Positions 26,101 through 39,200 of a DNA stretch of 64,000 nt are shown here, piece by piece (the stretch's first letter is position 1; every line of letters starts with the position of its first letter). Location: assembly GCA_964270895.1 (NCBI GenBank), contig OZ185449.1; one strand, written 5' to 3'. Below the pieces are notes generated by a model. The model did no database searches and was not told the origin of the DNA. It saw only the letters and a program-made list of their open reading frames with translations. A program made the translations under genes and the position numbers. This DNA comes from Podarcis filfolensis. Its lineage: Eukaryota.

Positions 26101-29100
26101 TGTTCTGCCATTGGAGGGGAAAGAGAGCCAAAAGGGCAGGCAGCCAGCCAGCCACCAGAGGACTCAGTTACTCCGCCCTTTTAGTTTTGAAGGCTGTGCT
26201 TCGCAATACATTGCCAGTTCAATTATTCTGTAATGGTTCTCATGATGTGATCCACAAACCAGTGCTGGACGATGTATCAATACATCGCCCAGCCCTAACA
26301 TACACCTTTAGTTTTTCATTGTGTGTCTCCCCCCCCCCCCCCCCGTTCTGGTGGGAGTGTGTAGTAGGGGATTTGACCCAGTTTTTTCAGGCACCTCGCA
26401 ATTCTTAAATCGCAACCTTCCTCTTCCTTTCAGAACAGATGGGGTAGACACCTTCTGTTGTTAATGAAACAGAAAGGAAACTAATTGTTAAAGTGTCTAA
26501 AGCAAAGTGGAAAGGCTTGATTTATGGTGGACAAGAAAGATTAAAATGGACGATAGGAACTCGTATTTGAAAAACATTTAATGCTTTTTTTGTTTCTTGC
26601 CATTAAAGAACTGGTGAAAGTCAAATGGCCATAATTAGCTGTGAGAAAGGAATTTGCTTTGAGATGACATAGTCACAACTGTGATTTTAAAGGGAAAACA
26701 TTAAGGTGGATTGAGTGGCTGATAATATCCATAACATTAGAAGCTTCCAGTATGGAAAAACTAATTTTGTTTCAAACAGTGACCGTTGGTATTGTTAAAC
26801 AGTTGATGACTGAACTATTAAAAATGATCAGATCAATGTTTGATGAAGATGAAGAAAATGAGCCAGAGGATTATGAGGTGGAAAATGGAAAGAGGGAATA
26901 CCCAGAGGTTACAATCGGTTGCAGTTCTGTATGGGAAGGAGTTTGGCGGGGGTTACCTTTGAGTTTCTACCTAACGTCTTGCGGTTTGTATGAGTATTTT
27001 CATTCCTAGTGCTGAGTACCTGTGGATTCTCCTTAACTTCTTGGGGGTTGAGGTGTTCTTCCGTTCTGACACTCAGTCTGGAGAGACAGGATGACTCCAC
27101 CTGAAGTGGACACGAGACCCAGCAGGGGGAGTTATCCCTATCAGGAATGTTGTCCTCCCTCACCCAAATCTGTAAACTGAAATTCACTGTAAGGGGGAAA
27201 AAAATTCTCCCTTGTGCCATGTGCTGAAGTAGAAACCCAAAATTCTCTGATGAGTAATGATGACATTTCTCTGTTGAGGGTGGGTGACATCCACTCAGGT
27301 TGTGGGCATTGGAGGAGAAGCCAAAGGAGGGGTATGTCACTCTTACCCAGAGGTCTGAGCAAGTTACTTGTAGGGAGGACTTCTTGAAGCCCGGCCAAGG
27401 GCTGCTGATAGCCCATCCTTGCATTAGGGCTTTCAGAGCAGGAGTCAATGAAAGTGATTATTGAATCTGGCAAGATTATCCCCACCAGGAATGAGGAAAA
27501 GATTGCAACTTGTCCCAAGTACTTGAGAGATGAATAATGTCTGGTAACATTGATTTAAAGTATGCATAAAGGTAAAGGTAAAGGACCTCGACAGTTAAGT
27601 CCAATCGCAAACAACTCCGGGGTTGCGGCACTCATCTCGCTTTACTGGCCTAGCGAGCTGGCATACAGCTTCTGGGTCATGTGGCCAGCATGACTAGCCG
27701 CTTCTGGTGAAACCAGAGCAGCGCACAGAAATACCATTCACCTTCCCGCTGGAGTGGTACCTATTTATCTACTTGCACTTTGACATGTTTCGAACTGCTA
27801 GGTTGGCAGGAGCTGGGACCAAGCAACGGGAGCTCACCTTGTTGCGGGGATTCGAACTGCCGACCTTCTGATCAGCAAGCCCTAGGCTTAGTGGTTTAGA
27901 CCACAGCGCCACCTGCTTCCCTTAAAGTATCCATAGTGAAAGGCAAATCCTTTTGCATGTCAGAGTGGTGTAGCATGCTGGAGTAGGTGACCTCAGGTGA
28001 TATCTCTGGCTTCTTAGGGTCTATGCAGCCTGTTAGTGAAGATCCTCCTGGTACTTTCTTAAACCCACTTCTCCATCTTTTAGGAACCAGCCAGGGGGCC
28101 TCTACCTTGTCTCATGCAGAATCCTTGCTTGCCATGTTCGATCCCTTGTCTTCCAACGAAGGTAATCCTGCAGCATGTGGGCCACATGCATGTTAACAGT
28201 AGTGTTACTGCATTTGGTCCTCTTTCCATAGCTGCAAAACTTCCATGTGTTACTTGTAACTGTAAAGGGATGTGAAAGAACAGCGTTGGTGTAATGCTTT
28301 GCTTGGTCTGACGCTGGTGTTTTTTCCAGCAGTGGTGAGGCCCAAAGTGCACTATGCAAGACCTTCACACCCCCCGCCAGACCCCCCGATCCTGGAAGGG
28401 ACCCTAGGAGGCAACGAGGCAAGGCTGCCCAATTTCAGCTCCCACACTGCTATAATCATTGACTCCGAAGTGTTCAGGCAGCGGTATTCCTATCCTGAGA
28501 GGCTCGTGCGGAGCAGGAGCTCTGATATAGTGTCATCTGCCCGGAGGCCAATGAGTGACCCTGGTTGGAACAGGCGAGCCGGCAACGAGGAGAGGGAGCT
28601 TTCTGTGCTTGGCTGTGTAGGGGGAACTCCTTTGCTGACAGCCTCTCAGTCTTCTTCCTCATCTCCTAGCAGAGATTCCTGCAGAGGAGAGGTAAGAGAA
28701 GACAAACTAAGCCTCTCAATGGCTTTCTTGAATCAAGGCTTTATAGCTAAGTAATGCATTAAGTTTTACCTCTATCTAAAAGCATTTTGTGTGTATTATG
28801 TGTTAGCTTGGTTGCTACCTCAATTTTTTCTTAAGCTAGAACTCCCTTGAACTGGAGCATAGTTAAACTATGAAACTTGCTTCCACAGGAGGCAGTGATG
28901 GCCCCAATTTGGATGGCTTTAAAAGAGGATTAGCTTAATTCACGGAGGGCAAGGATATCAGTAGTTACTAGCCATGATGGCTATGTTTTGCCTCCACTGT
29001 CAGAGGCATGGTTTCTCTGAATATCAGTTTCTGGGAATCCCAGGTGGGCAAAGTGCTGTGGCACTCCTATCCAGCATGCTTCCCACAGGCATCTGCTCAG

Positions 29101-29367
29101 CCACTATGAGAACAAGATGCTGATCTAGTTGGGCCTTGGCCTGATCCCGCAGACTTAATTTTAAACTCCTTTGTTCTTAACTCCATACACATTACAGTTT
29201 GGTGGGAGTACTGAAAAGCCACAAAATGTGGTGTTGGCTGCAGAATTCCTAAGAATCCCAAGGGTTTCTTTCCCCGTTGAAGCAAGACCACTGTATTTTA
29301 ATACTTTGTTGGAAGCCGCCCAAGTGGCTGGGGAAACCCAGCCAGATGGGTGGGGTATAAATAATAA

Positions 29368-29417
<50 letters not shown>

Positions 29418-32400
29418 GCTTTTAGTCCTTTCAGAGGTTTAAGAAGCAAGCTTCTAGCCCTTATGAATATATGTTTGAAAGTGTGTGACTAATATGGGAT
29501 TTCAGTCTCTTGTATAGATCCTTTCTACTTTTCATAAGTAGCTCAAGGCAGAATGCACCAGGCAGAAACTGGTTGGCAATTTTTACACAAGTCACAGAAT
29601 TCAGTGTTTTTGATTTTGTAGCATAGAGGCCACACTGCCCTGTCTTTTAATCTGCCAGTTTTCTCCTGTGGAAAGCTGATGAGGCTGTGAGAGGCTAAAC
29701 AGTCAGTCACCCTTGACCTCAGAGGAGTGTCCCCCACACACCCATTAGCTTTTGTGGTTGAGCAAGTGGGGGGAAAGTCACCAACATCACTTTTAGTCCT
29801 GCATAAAGGGGTAGAAGAGTCCACTATGCCCCCTCCCTCTCCTGCACACGGAGCAAAGAACTGAACGCTCTAGTGCTTTCGGTTGATCAAAGGAGACAGG
29901 TTATTCTTATCAGATATAGGTCCATGTGTCAACAGCCTCTTTGTATGATTCAAAAGGGATGGACTGTGATTCATGCAGAGGGCAGAGTTTCAGTGGTGGC
30001 TGCTACTGCTACATGACCCTCCATGGTTGGATTACAGTTCCCATTTTCTCTGGCCACTGGCCGTGCTGGCTGGTGGGGCTGGTGGAAGTCCAGCGACATC
30101 TAGAGGGTCCCAGGTCCCCCCTGATTTCAAGTATTGAATTTAAATATGCTAATAATCAATTCATGTTTGAATTGATTACTTGGTTTTAAAACCCTATGGT
30201 TTTTTTTAAAAAAAAATCCTGCTTCTTTCAAGCCTCCAACCAGAGTTTAACATTTATTAACATTCAACAGAATCGGATAAGGCAGAATGAAAACAGCAGG
30301 TTGGATCTAGTAGTTATTTCAACTTTTCTGCTGAAAAATCAACAGGAAAAGATACTCGTGACTCAAGTTCCATTGATTTCAACTAACTTAAGTCTAGACC
30401 TGACTCAACACATCTCTCCCCAAACAGGTTGAGGATCGCAAAGACAGCGACGATGAGAAATCTGACCGGAACAAACCATGGTGGAGGAAACGTTTTGTTT
30501 CAGCTATGCCCAGAGGTGTGGTTTTATATCTCACTTCTTAGATAAGTTATGTGTATAATGCCTAATTTCTTCTACTGTGCATTTGTCTAGTGGCAGTGCA
30601 GTTCCTGTGGCCACAACTCAGCTGTGGGTTGAAGACCAGTGTCCTAACATATCACCCTAAATAGGTAGCAAAAAATCAGTTTTGGTTATTTGTTCAAAAG
30701 CTGGACTTGGGCAAGTTTTCTTTTTTAAAAAATTAAAAAATGATTTTCAGCAGTAATACCATAAGCATATCATAAAAACAAGAACAACAAATGGAGTACA
30801 TATTATTGACTTGTCGGTTACAAAAAGTAACAGTTAGGTACATGCATAGTAAGTTCACTGATTAGTTAGTTGGGTGAGGTAGTCCTCTCCATCGACATAC
30901 ATGTGTTGTAGGGGGTTGCAATAACTGTGCTGACTTATTGATGTGAGCAATGTTTTTACTGCCTGGTTGACAGAGGCCTGGTTGACAGAGGCAAATAAGC
31001 AATTCCAAAAACCCAATGATATATCCAACTTAAAGGAAGGGCATGCAAAACCTGAATATATTAAATGGCAATCATATTTTTCCAAATGGCACAGGGAAAG
31101 ATACTTGTATATCTTAAACTGAACTAAATGAAATAAAATCCCACCATACTCAGTCTTCCTGCCCCTTAGATACCTGTAAATTATGTGTTATTTCTTATGC
31201 ACCTACTAAATTCTGAAGGTTTTTTATAACATAATGGATATAGTCATTTTATAAGCAATTTCTGTTGTGCTGTAGAGATACTGGCAGTTGGCTTTTGTTG
31301 AAAGTTCCTTTTAGTGAAAAAACAAAACAAAACAACAAAACAAAACAAAAAAACCTGATTGTCTTGCCCCGAAAACAGCTTGTTCGCTTCTTTGCCTGAT
31401 GCCTTGTTTCAGCTTCAAGTGTTGTTGCAGGAAGACTGGTGGGTTACTTTATATATATATATATGTACCTGTTTACCTATCACCTGGACTTGTGGCAATA
31501 TCACTCAAAACATGCCTAGAAGAAGCTCTCTCTCATGGGATTTTTGCACCTGTGGTATTTTTATTTTTATTTTATTTATTGAATTTATATACTGTCCTAT
31601 ACCTGGTGGTCTCTGGGCAGTTCACAGAATTTCTCTCCCTCTCACTCTTCAGATCCTTTCTCTCATTACCATGCGGTGAAATGTTTTTTGGAATAATCTT
31701 GTGCAAACTGAGCTGTCATAGGAGTTCCTATTTCAAATTAAAATTCTTCTGCTTTCCGCCTTCCCCACATCCCCAGCTCCCATCCCATTTAGAAAAAAAG
31801 AGAAGCAGGACAAGGACAAAGAGGACTTTGTGCCTGATAGATACAACGCTCTTCAAGGTTAGTAGTTGCTGCTGAATTTTATAACGTGGTTGACTTTAAA
31901 TAAAAAAGATCTCAAGGACTCTTAATCCTGGTCTAGGGATTCAGATAGGATTTACCTGTACTTACTACATGAGAACACTCATCTTGGGGCAAATCTGTAG
32001 AACTGCATCACTTCAGGCTGTATATGTGTGTGTTTTTGTGTTTCACTGCACGCAGATGGCTTGTATTAAACCAGGGGTGTGGAGCCTGTGGCTGTCCAGA
32101 TAATGTTGAACTGCAACTTGCATCTATCTATTTAGTGTTTATGCACCCCACTTTTCAACAAAAAAGGCTCCCAAAGCAGCCAACATACAATCAGCACAAG
32201 ACAGTCCCTACCTGCAGGCTTATAATCTAAAAATAAACACAAGGGGAAACTAATAAACAGGACACCAGATAATATGAAGAGTTTTTGTGTGTGTTTGAAC
32301 CAGAAAATGCTGTACTTTAGTTATTTCATTGCTATAACCACAATGAATGTCTGTAGTGGGAGTCTAAACCTTCTGAACCAGTTAAAAAAAAGTTCTTTCC

Positions 32401-33215
32401 TCAAATCTGTGTTTTGGCATGTAAGTTTCACCATCCCACCTCTCTCTTCTTCCTCAAACTTATACTGTATACAACACTAATGTCTCATATCAAATGTAAC
32501 TGGTCTGTAGAAAAGACTTTACAACCTGAAAAAAGAGACAATGCACGTACTTTTGTAAACCAAGAAATTATTTTTTTGAAAAACAAAAACCTGTGTTTCT
32601 GCAGCCATCTTTCCCACACATTTGATTTAATGGGGAAAGCAAAACGGCTGGGAGAAACCCCCAATGACACATTTCTGTATTCTCACATTCAATCATGTCC
32701 GTAGTGGCTGCATGACTTCATCCACCGCATGATGCCTTTGGTATTTAGACTGCCTACTCGAGACCAACACCCACCCCCATGTTAATTCCTTGCTGCTTCT
32801 CACCCCCCTCTCTTTTTGACATTTTAGATGACTCTGGCCCTAGACTGAGCGCTCAGGCCCAGGCAGCGGAGGACATCCTGGACAAGTACAGGAATGCGAT
32901 TAAGCGAACCAGCCCCAATGAGGGGGCTGTAGTGACCTATGACAATGCAGGTGAGAGTCTGTTCATGCCCCCAGCCATCATAGTTTTCAAGTAATGAGGG
33001 GAAGAGGATGGCTGCTACCTGCTGCTAATGGGAGACCGCTAACTTTTCTATGCTCATTTGGTGGGCTGGGTTTAGATGCCATTGGAGATGGCGAGAGCAT
33101 CCATGACTCTGTGCGGGACGACAACTTGCAGAACATATCCGCAGATGACCTTCCGGATTCTGCCAGCCAAGCAGCCCAGCCACAGGATTCGGCTTTCTCT
33201 TACAGGTAGCTTGAT

Positions 33216-33273
<58 letters not shown>

Positions 33274-36200
33274 GTTCACTGCAGTAGACAAAGGGACTTT
33301 GGGAAGAAGGCTAGATCCAAACACTGTCTAGGATTCTGTGTTTGGTGGAAATCCTCTGCCTCTAGCGTGGCAGTTAGAGTGTTGGACCAGGACTCAGAGA
33401 GACACCAGTTCGAATCCTCCAACTCTGCCATGGCCGAGCCTTGGGGAACAGCAGCACACTCTCACCCTAACATATCCCACAGGGTGGTTGTGAGGATAAA
33501 ATGGGAGGGTGAACCACGTACTCTAATCAAAGCAAAGGTGAGGTATAAATGTAGGAATATTAATAAATGAGCCCAAACACTAAGGCTGTTCGATGTATAG
33601 GGGCAGACACGGCGGGCATTTAGCTCTATGCTGAATAACATTCCCTGCTTTTGGAAGCTCTGCTTAGAAATTCTCCAGTGTGTAACTTGAGAGTGGAAAC
33701 TGCCTACTGGTTTTCTATGCTCTTCCATCACCATGAAGGCAAGTGACTTGAATTGCTCTTTTGGGGGATGGGAAAGGCCCTGTGGCATCTATCCTCCTCT
33801 CCTGGTGTATTCTTCCAGGGGATTTGGGGTTAGACCTTACAAAAATGGATTCCAACAAATGGCTCACAAAACAGTGGTACCTCTGGTTACGAACTTAATT
33901 CGTTCCAGAGGTCCGTTCTTAACCTGAAACCGTTCTTAACTTGTGGTACCACTTTAGCTAATGGGGCCTCCCGCTGCTGCCATGTGATTTCTGTTCTCAT
34001 CCTGAGGTAAAGTTCTTAACCCAAGGTACTACTTCCGGGTTTGTGGAGTCTGTAACCCCTGAGGTACTACTTCCGGGTTAGCGGAGTCTGTAACCCAAAG
34101 TGTTTGTAACCCGAGGTACCACTGTATAAACTTCCTTCCTGTTGGAAAAGGGAGGAGAGCAGATTCGTATTAGACAATAAGCATTTTCACATGAGGTGCT
34201 AGAGTCCACCACCACCTCTCTCTTTTTTTAGGAGCCACTGAAATAAAATATATTGATTTTGGTGTTTATATGAAAATTCAAGGCAGAAATGAATATTTTC
34301 TCTCTCCCCCTCTGCCCCTTCCTCCCAGAGATGCAAAGAAGAAACTGCGGCTTGCCCTCTGTTCAGCAGATTCTGTGGCCTTCCCTATGTTGTCCCACTC
34401 CACGAGGAACGGCCTTCCAGATCATACGGACCCTGAAGGTAAAAGACCTCTTTTGACTTTTAGACTTCTTGTATAGCTACAACCACACTTAAAGCAAGAG
34501 GCACACTTGACACATGACACCACTTAGAAATGTGTAAAATTGCTGGAAATTTTGAAGCAGGGACAGGGTGGTGTTGTCCCCGTCCCCCCTGGAGGAAAAG
34601 TGGAAAATTTGAGAAAATTTATTCTGTTTATTGGATATCTTACCCACCCTTCATCATAAAGCCTCAGGGTATAAGTTATACAATGCTTAGAGCTATATTT
34701 TAGTGTTAATCTCTTTACTGTGGTCAATGAACCAGTGTTCTCTAATGCTAGTCCTACTCAGAGTAGACTCATTGAAACAAAAGGACATAACTTTTTTAAA
34801 AACAAAATTTTAATGGTTCTTAAATGAATACAGATACAATAACTATTAAACACTTATCCAGCAGTAAGGACATAACTAACATAAATCCTTTGACTTCAGC
34901 GTGTCTGCTCTGAGTAGGACTAACATTGGATATATAACTCATATCAAAGTCAAACTTATTTTACTTCTTTGACACACAGTTTGTCACTTAGAACGGGTTG
35001 GTAACATGAGTTTTCCATAGTGGGCCTTTAGGTATTACTGAACCAGATGTCCCATCAGCAACCATGACCAAGTTACCTGCTGGTAACTAGGCAGACCATT
35101 CTTCTCCAACCTGGTGCCCCTCAGAAATTTTGGACTATAACTGCCATCAGCCCCAGCAAGCATAATCAGTTGGGGATAATGGGAGTTTTAATCCAGCAAC
35201 AGGTTGGGGAAGGCTGATATAGCGTGTGTATGTGTGTGTTAGTGTGAAATGTAGACTAGGAAGAGTATGAGAGAAAGCAAAGTGTTGCCAAATATAGTCT
35301 ATCTCTTGTGCCCCGGAAGATGGCAGGGAGGACAGCAGGGGGCGATCCCACAGGGCCACAACTTGGGGGGGGTGTATTACCACAATTCTCCTTTACTCAC
35401 TCGGTTTCCGCTCCCCCTTTCCACCATCTTGAACAGACAATGAAATTGTATGCTTCCTAAAAGTCCAGCTAGCCGAAGCCATCAACCTTCAGGACAAGAA
35501 CCTGATGGCTCAGATCCAGGAGACCATGCGTTGTGTTGGCCGCTTTGACAACAGGACCTGCCGCAAGCTGCTGGCCTCAATTGCTGAGGATTACAGGTAA
35601 ATCCCTTACCTTCCATAAGAACACAAGAAGAACCCTACTGGATCAGGCCCATCTAATACAGCAGTGGCCAGTCAGATGCCCCCAGGAAGTCAACAAGGGC
35701 AGCATTTTGTCTGCATCTCGCTCATATAAATTTGGGAGTAGAATTATGCTGTCACTTCTCATGGGGCAGGTGCTTTGAAGCCACCCTAAACAGCTTGGAG
35801 CACCTCCCCCAAACTTGCACTTTCCAGATGTCATTGAGTTGTACAACCCCTTTCTTCCTACCCCCAAATCCCAGGAAAAGGGCTCCCTATATTGCCTACC
35901 TGACGCAGTGCCGCCAGGGTCTACAGACCACCCAGGCCCATCTGGAAAGGCTGTTGCAGAGAGTCCTGCGAGACAAAGAAGTGGCAAACCGATACTTCAC
36001 CACGGTGTGTGTGCGGCTGTTGCTGGAGAGCAAAGAGTCAAAGATAAGGGCGTTCATTCAAGGTAAGCCACTCCTGGCATTGTGCACAGAGATGAAATGG
36101 GATGTATGCATGCAGTGTAGGGCCAGGCACACTTTGGTTCAAAGATTTACTGGGTGACGTTGGGCCATTGGCTGTACCGTAGTGAATGGTCCAAGACGTA

Positions 36201-39200
36201 TTAAGATAAAAGGGGTGAGGGGAAGACTCCTAATTGGAGGAAGAGTGGGGCAGAAATAAAATTTATTTTAGTCTGCCATTGGGGAAACCTTTGCTGCAGT
36301 TGGTTGAGCTGCTACGATGTTACAGAAGGGGCTTCTAGTCCCACTCGGTGACATCAAGCTGCTTGATGTTCTAAGGTTGGCAGAGAAGGCAGGAACCAGT
36401 CATGGAATAGGAAGCAGCGGGCCTATGTGGTATGTATTGCTGGTCTTGGTTCTTGTGCAGATCCAGTTAAACATTTCTCCCTTGGAAGTGCTCTTGGCCA
36501 GCTCTCGTTTGCAATGTGTGCAGGTTCTTTGCATAGGGAATAGTGGTGCACATGAACTGCCAAGTTCAAATGTCATGGCTTTCCTGGAGAAGACATGGGG
36601 ATTGTAATTTTGGAGCGGCTTCTAATTCCTATGTTGTGTGTGAGGAGAGAGGGTGTGCTTCTCCCTCCCCAGCCCTGTGATTTCCTCCCTTTTGCTTTGT
36701 TGCCAAAGATTTCCAGAAGCTGACAGCAGCGGATGACAAAACTGCCCAAGTTGAGGACTTCCTCCAGTTTCTCTACGGTGTAATGGCCCAGGATGTCATC
36801 TGGCAGAACGCCAGTGAGGAGCAGCTCCAGGATGCCCAGCTGGCAATTGAGCGCAGCGTCATGAACCGCATCTTCAAACTGGCCTTCTACCCTAACCAGG
36901 ATGGAGACATCCTGCGTGACCAGTGAGTGGGACATGGCTGGTTTCTTCAGGCTTGAGCAATAATGGCAGCAGAGGCCAAGCCACAGCCGCCTTTCCTTGT
37001 GTGCTTCCTCTACTTCTGTGCAGGCCCAAGTTTGCTTCTGGTTGTAGCTTTTTCAAATACCCTAATTCTGTTCCCTTCTGGTGCATTGCTTCCTTTGCAA
37101 GAAATGAGTGTTCAGTTTTCACATTTGTTCTGAACTTGGGGGTTTTGTTAGGGCTTTCATTTGCCAGCCTGAGGGCCACATTTAGTCTGGGAAACATTTC
37201 CGAGGCTGCATGCAAGTGGTGGGTGGAGCAAGTGGGCAGAACAATAGGTGTAAATCCTACCTTTGTACAATAGACTCTTTTTTACTTACCCATTTTAGAG
37301 GCATTATCAGAGTTCAAGGACACATTTCAGTCAGGCAAAACCACTCGGGGTGAGTGGAGGGTGTGGCTTGGGAAGAGTTCCAAGGGGCAGATTGAGAGGC
37401 CTGAAGGGTTGCACTGGGCCCTCAAGCCTGAGGTTCCCCACCCCTTCTGTATTGGGCCCAATGTACCTCTCCCTCCCCCCCCCCCCCCCCCCCCGTATAT
37501 ATACCCTGTCCTTAGAGGCAACAAGAGAGAAAATGAGGGCTTGAGATTCTGGAAAAGTGGCAGCCTTGCCAAAGCTTGGTCTCTTCTGTGCCAAAATAAG
37601 ACAGGATAAACATGGATATTCTGATCTGTCTCTGAAGCTAGCTGATTGGTTTTTTTAATTGCAAGTTCTTGCGTCCTTCTTCAGTAACCTCAAAATGTTA
37701 CTTTCACTGAGGCATTATATTTAAATACAATTAGTCGCTTAAGCCATACAAGTTATTGGGCTGATAGCCCAGACTCTTTTGTAGGACAGATTTTTGTAAG
37801 GGGTGCTGCTGCAAAGAACTGAAGTTTGCATAAGGAAGCCCTCTGCTACCTAACGGTGCTTGCTATGCAGAATCCCAGATTGTGCCATCTATATTACTTA
37901 AATTGTTTGGTTCTCCCCCCTCCCCCCTTTGTTTCTAGGCTTCTTTACGATCACATACAGAGGTTATCTAAAGTGGTGACTGCGAACCATAAAGCACTCC
38001 AGATTCCTGAGGTAAGTCCTTGGTGGTGCATGGCACCTGAGAGTAAGACTTTGTCTGAACTGTACCACTTGTGACTGAAGATGGCAGTTCATGATGGGGA
38101 CTGTCACTGTAGTATGGGGGTGGGGGTTGAATTTTGCGTGCGCACACGCGCTCACACACGCGCGCGCGCGCACACACACACACACACACACAGAGCCAGT
38201 TTGGATATGCTGGAGTTGGGAGAAGCAAGAACTCTTCTCCCTAAACATTCAGATTGATTGTGTGGAAGTGATTGTCCTGTATGGTTGAAAGTTTGGCCAT
38301 GTGGCTGTAGCTCAATGGCAGAGCATCTGCTTTGCATTCAGAAGGTCCCAGGTTCAATCCTTAGCATCTCCAGGAAGGGCTGAGAGAGACTTCTTGTCTG
38401 AAGCACTGGAGAGCCACTGCTGCCAGTCAGTGTAGACAGTGCTAAGCTAGAGGCCATGCTGTGTGCTTGTGAGCTTTAATGCTATTCCCTTTCTGGGCTT
38501 GGGGATCAGATTAGGCTGAAAAGCACCCAATAACTCAGTCTTAGTTCTGACTGAATTGGTAAGTACATGAAAGGGTTTGCATCACTTAATATTTGCTGGT
38601 ACAAGTTTTTCTCCGCACCACAGTGAGGTCTGGAAGTAGTAGTAACCGTCCTGTGGCTCTAGCTTTTCTAAGTGCATCCAGTCCTTTTAGGCTCAATGGA
38701 TAAGTAGTCCCAGCAAGTCCATATGTCCCATTCTTATCTGGCAGCATGTGGAAGCTTCCTTGCCTTTTGTGTGCTGGCTCCCTACAAAGTCTTCATTGTT
38801 TCGTACCAAAAAACCAAAAAGATCAGTGGTTAGAATCAGTGCGGTTTTGAAAGTTTCAGTCTGCCATCTTGATTCAAAACGGGGCTCTGATTGTTTCCAA
38901 CCGTGGGTGAACACTTGCTCCTGGATCTCAGGAATGATCACACAGAATTTGTTTACGATCCAAATACAAAGCAAACAGGAAAGTTTTCAAAATACGTAGC
39001 AGGTGTTAGTTATAATATCGCATAACATTTGTGTAGAGGTCTCAAGCATTCGGAGCACATCACACGCAGGTTCTAGTTGTAATATTTCCAGCAACCCGGT
39101 AAGGTAAGTCAGTGTTAGTATTTCCCAAATTGCAGACTGAGGCTCCAAGGGAGAGCGAGTGTGCCTTGTTTGAAGCCTCCTAGTGAGTTCACAGCCGAGG

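Noticed and set aside
29171-29425. Poly-Leu signal-peptide-like ORF on the minus strand
   Set aside because: Translation artefact of the (TTA)n tail of an L2-type element.
32951-33075. In-frame extension of exon 19 via caAG at 32991, or intron retention
   Set aside because: The 32991 acceptor would leave a 41-nt intron, too short for vertebrate splicing; retention hits TAA at 32992-32994.
33206-33570. ORF 33076-33570 with VCVC/ERER repeats
   Set aside because: Alternate-frame read-through of exon 19 into a (GT)n(GA)n microsatellite and a SINE.
34329-34330. Alternative acceptor in ccAGAG at exon 20
   Set aside because: The distal AG shifts the frame by 2 nt and has a poor -3 context.
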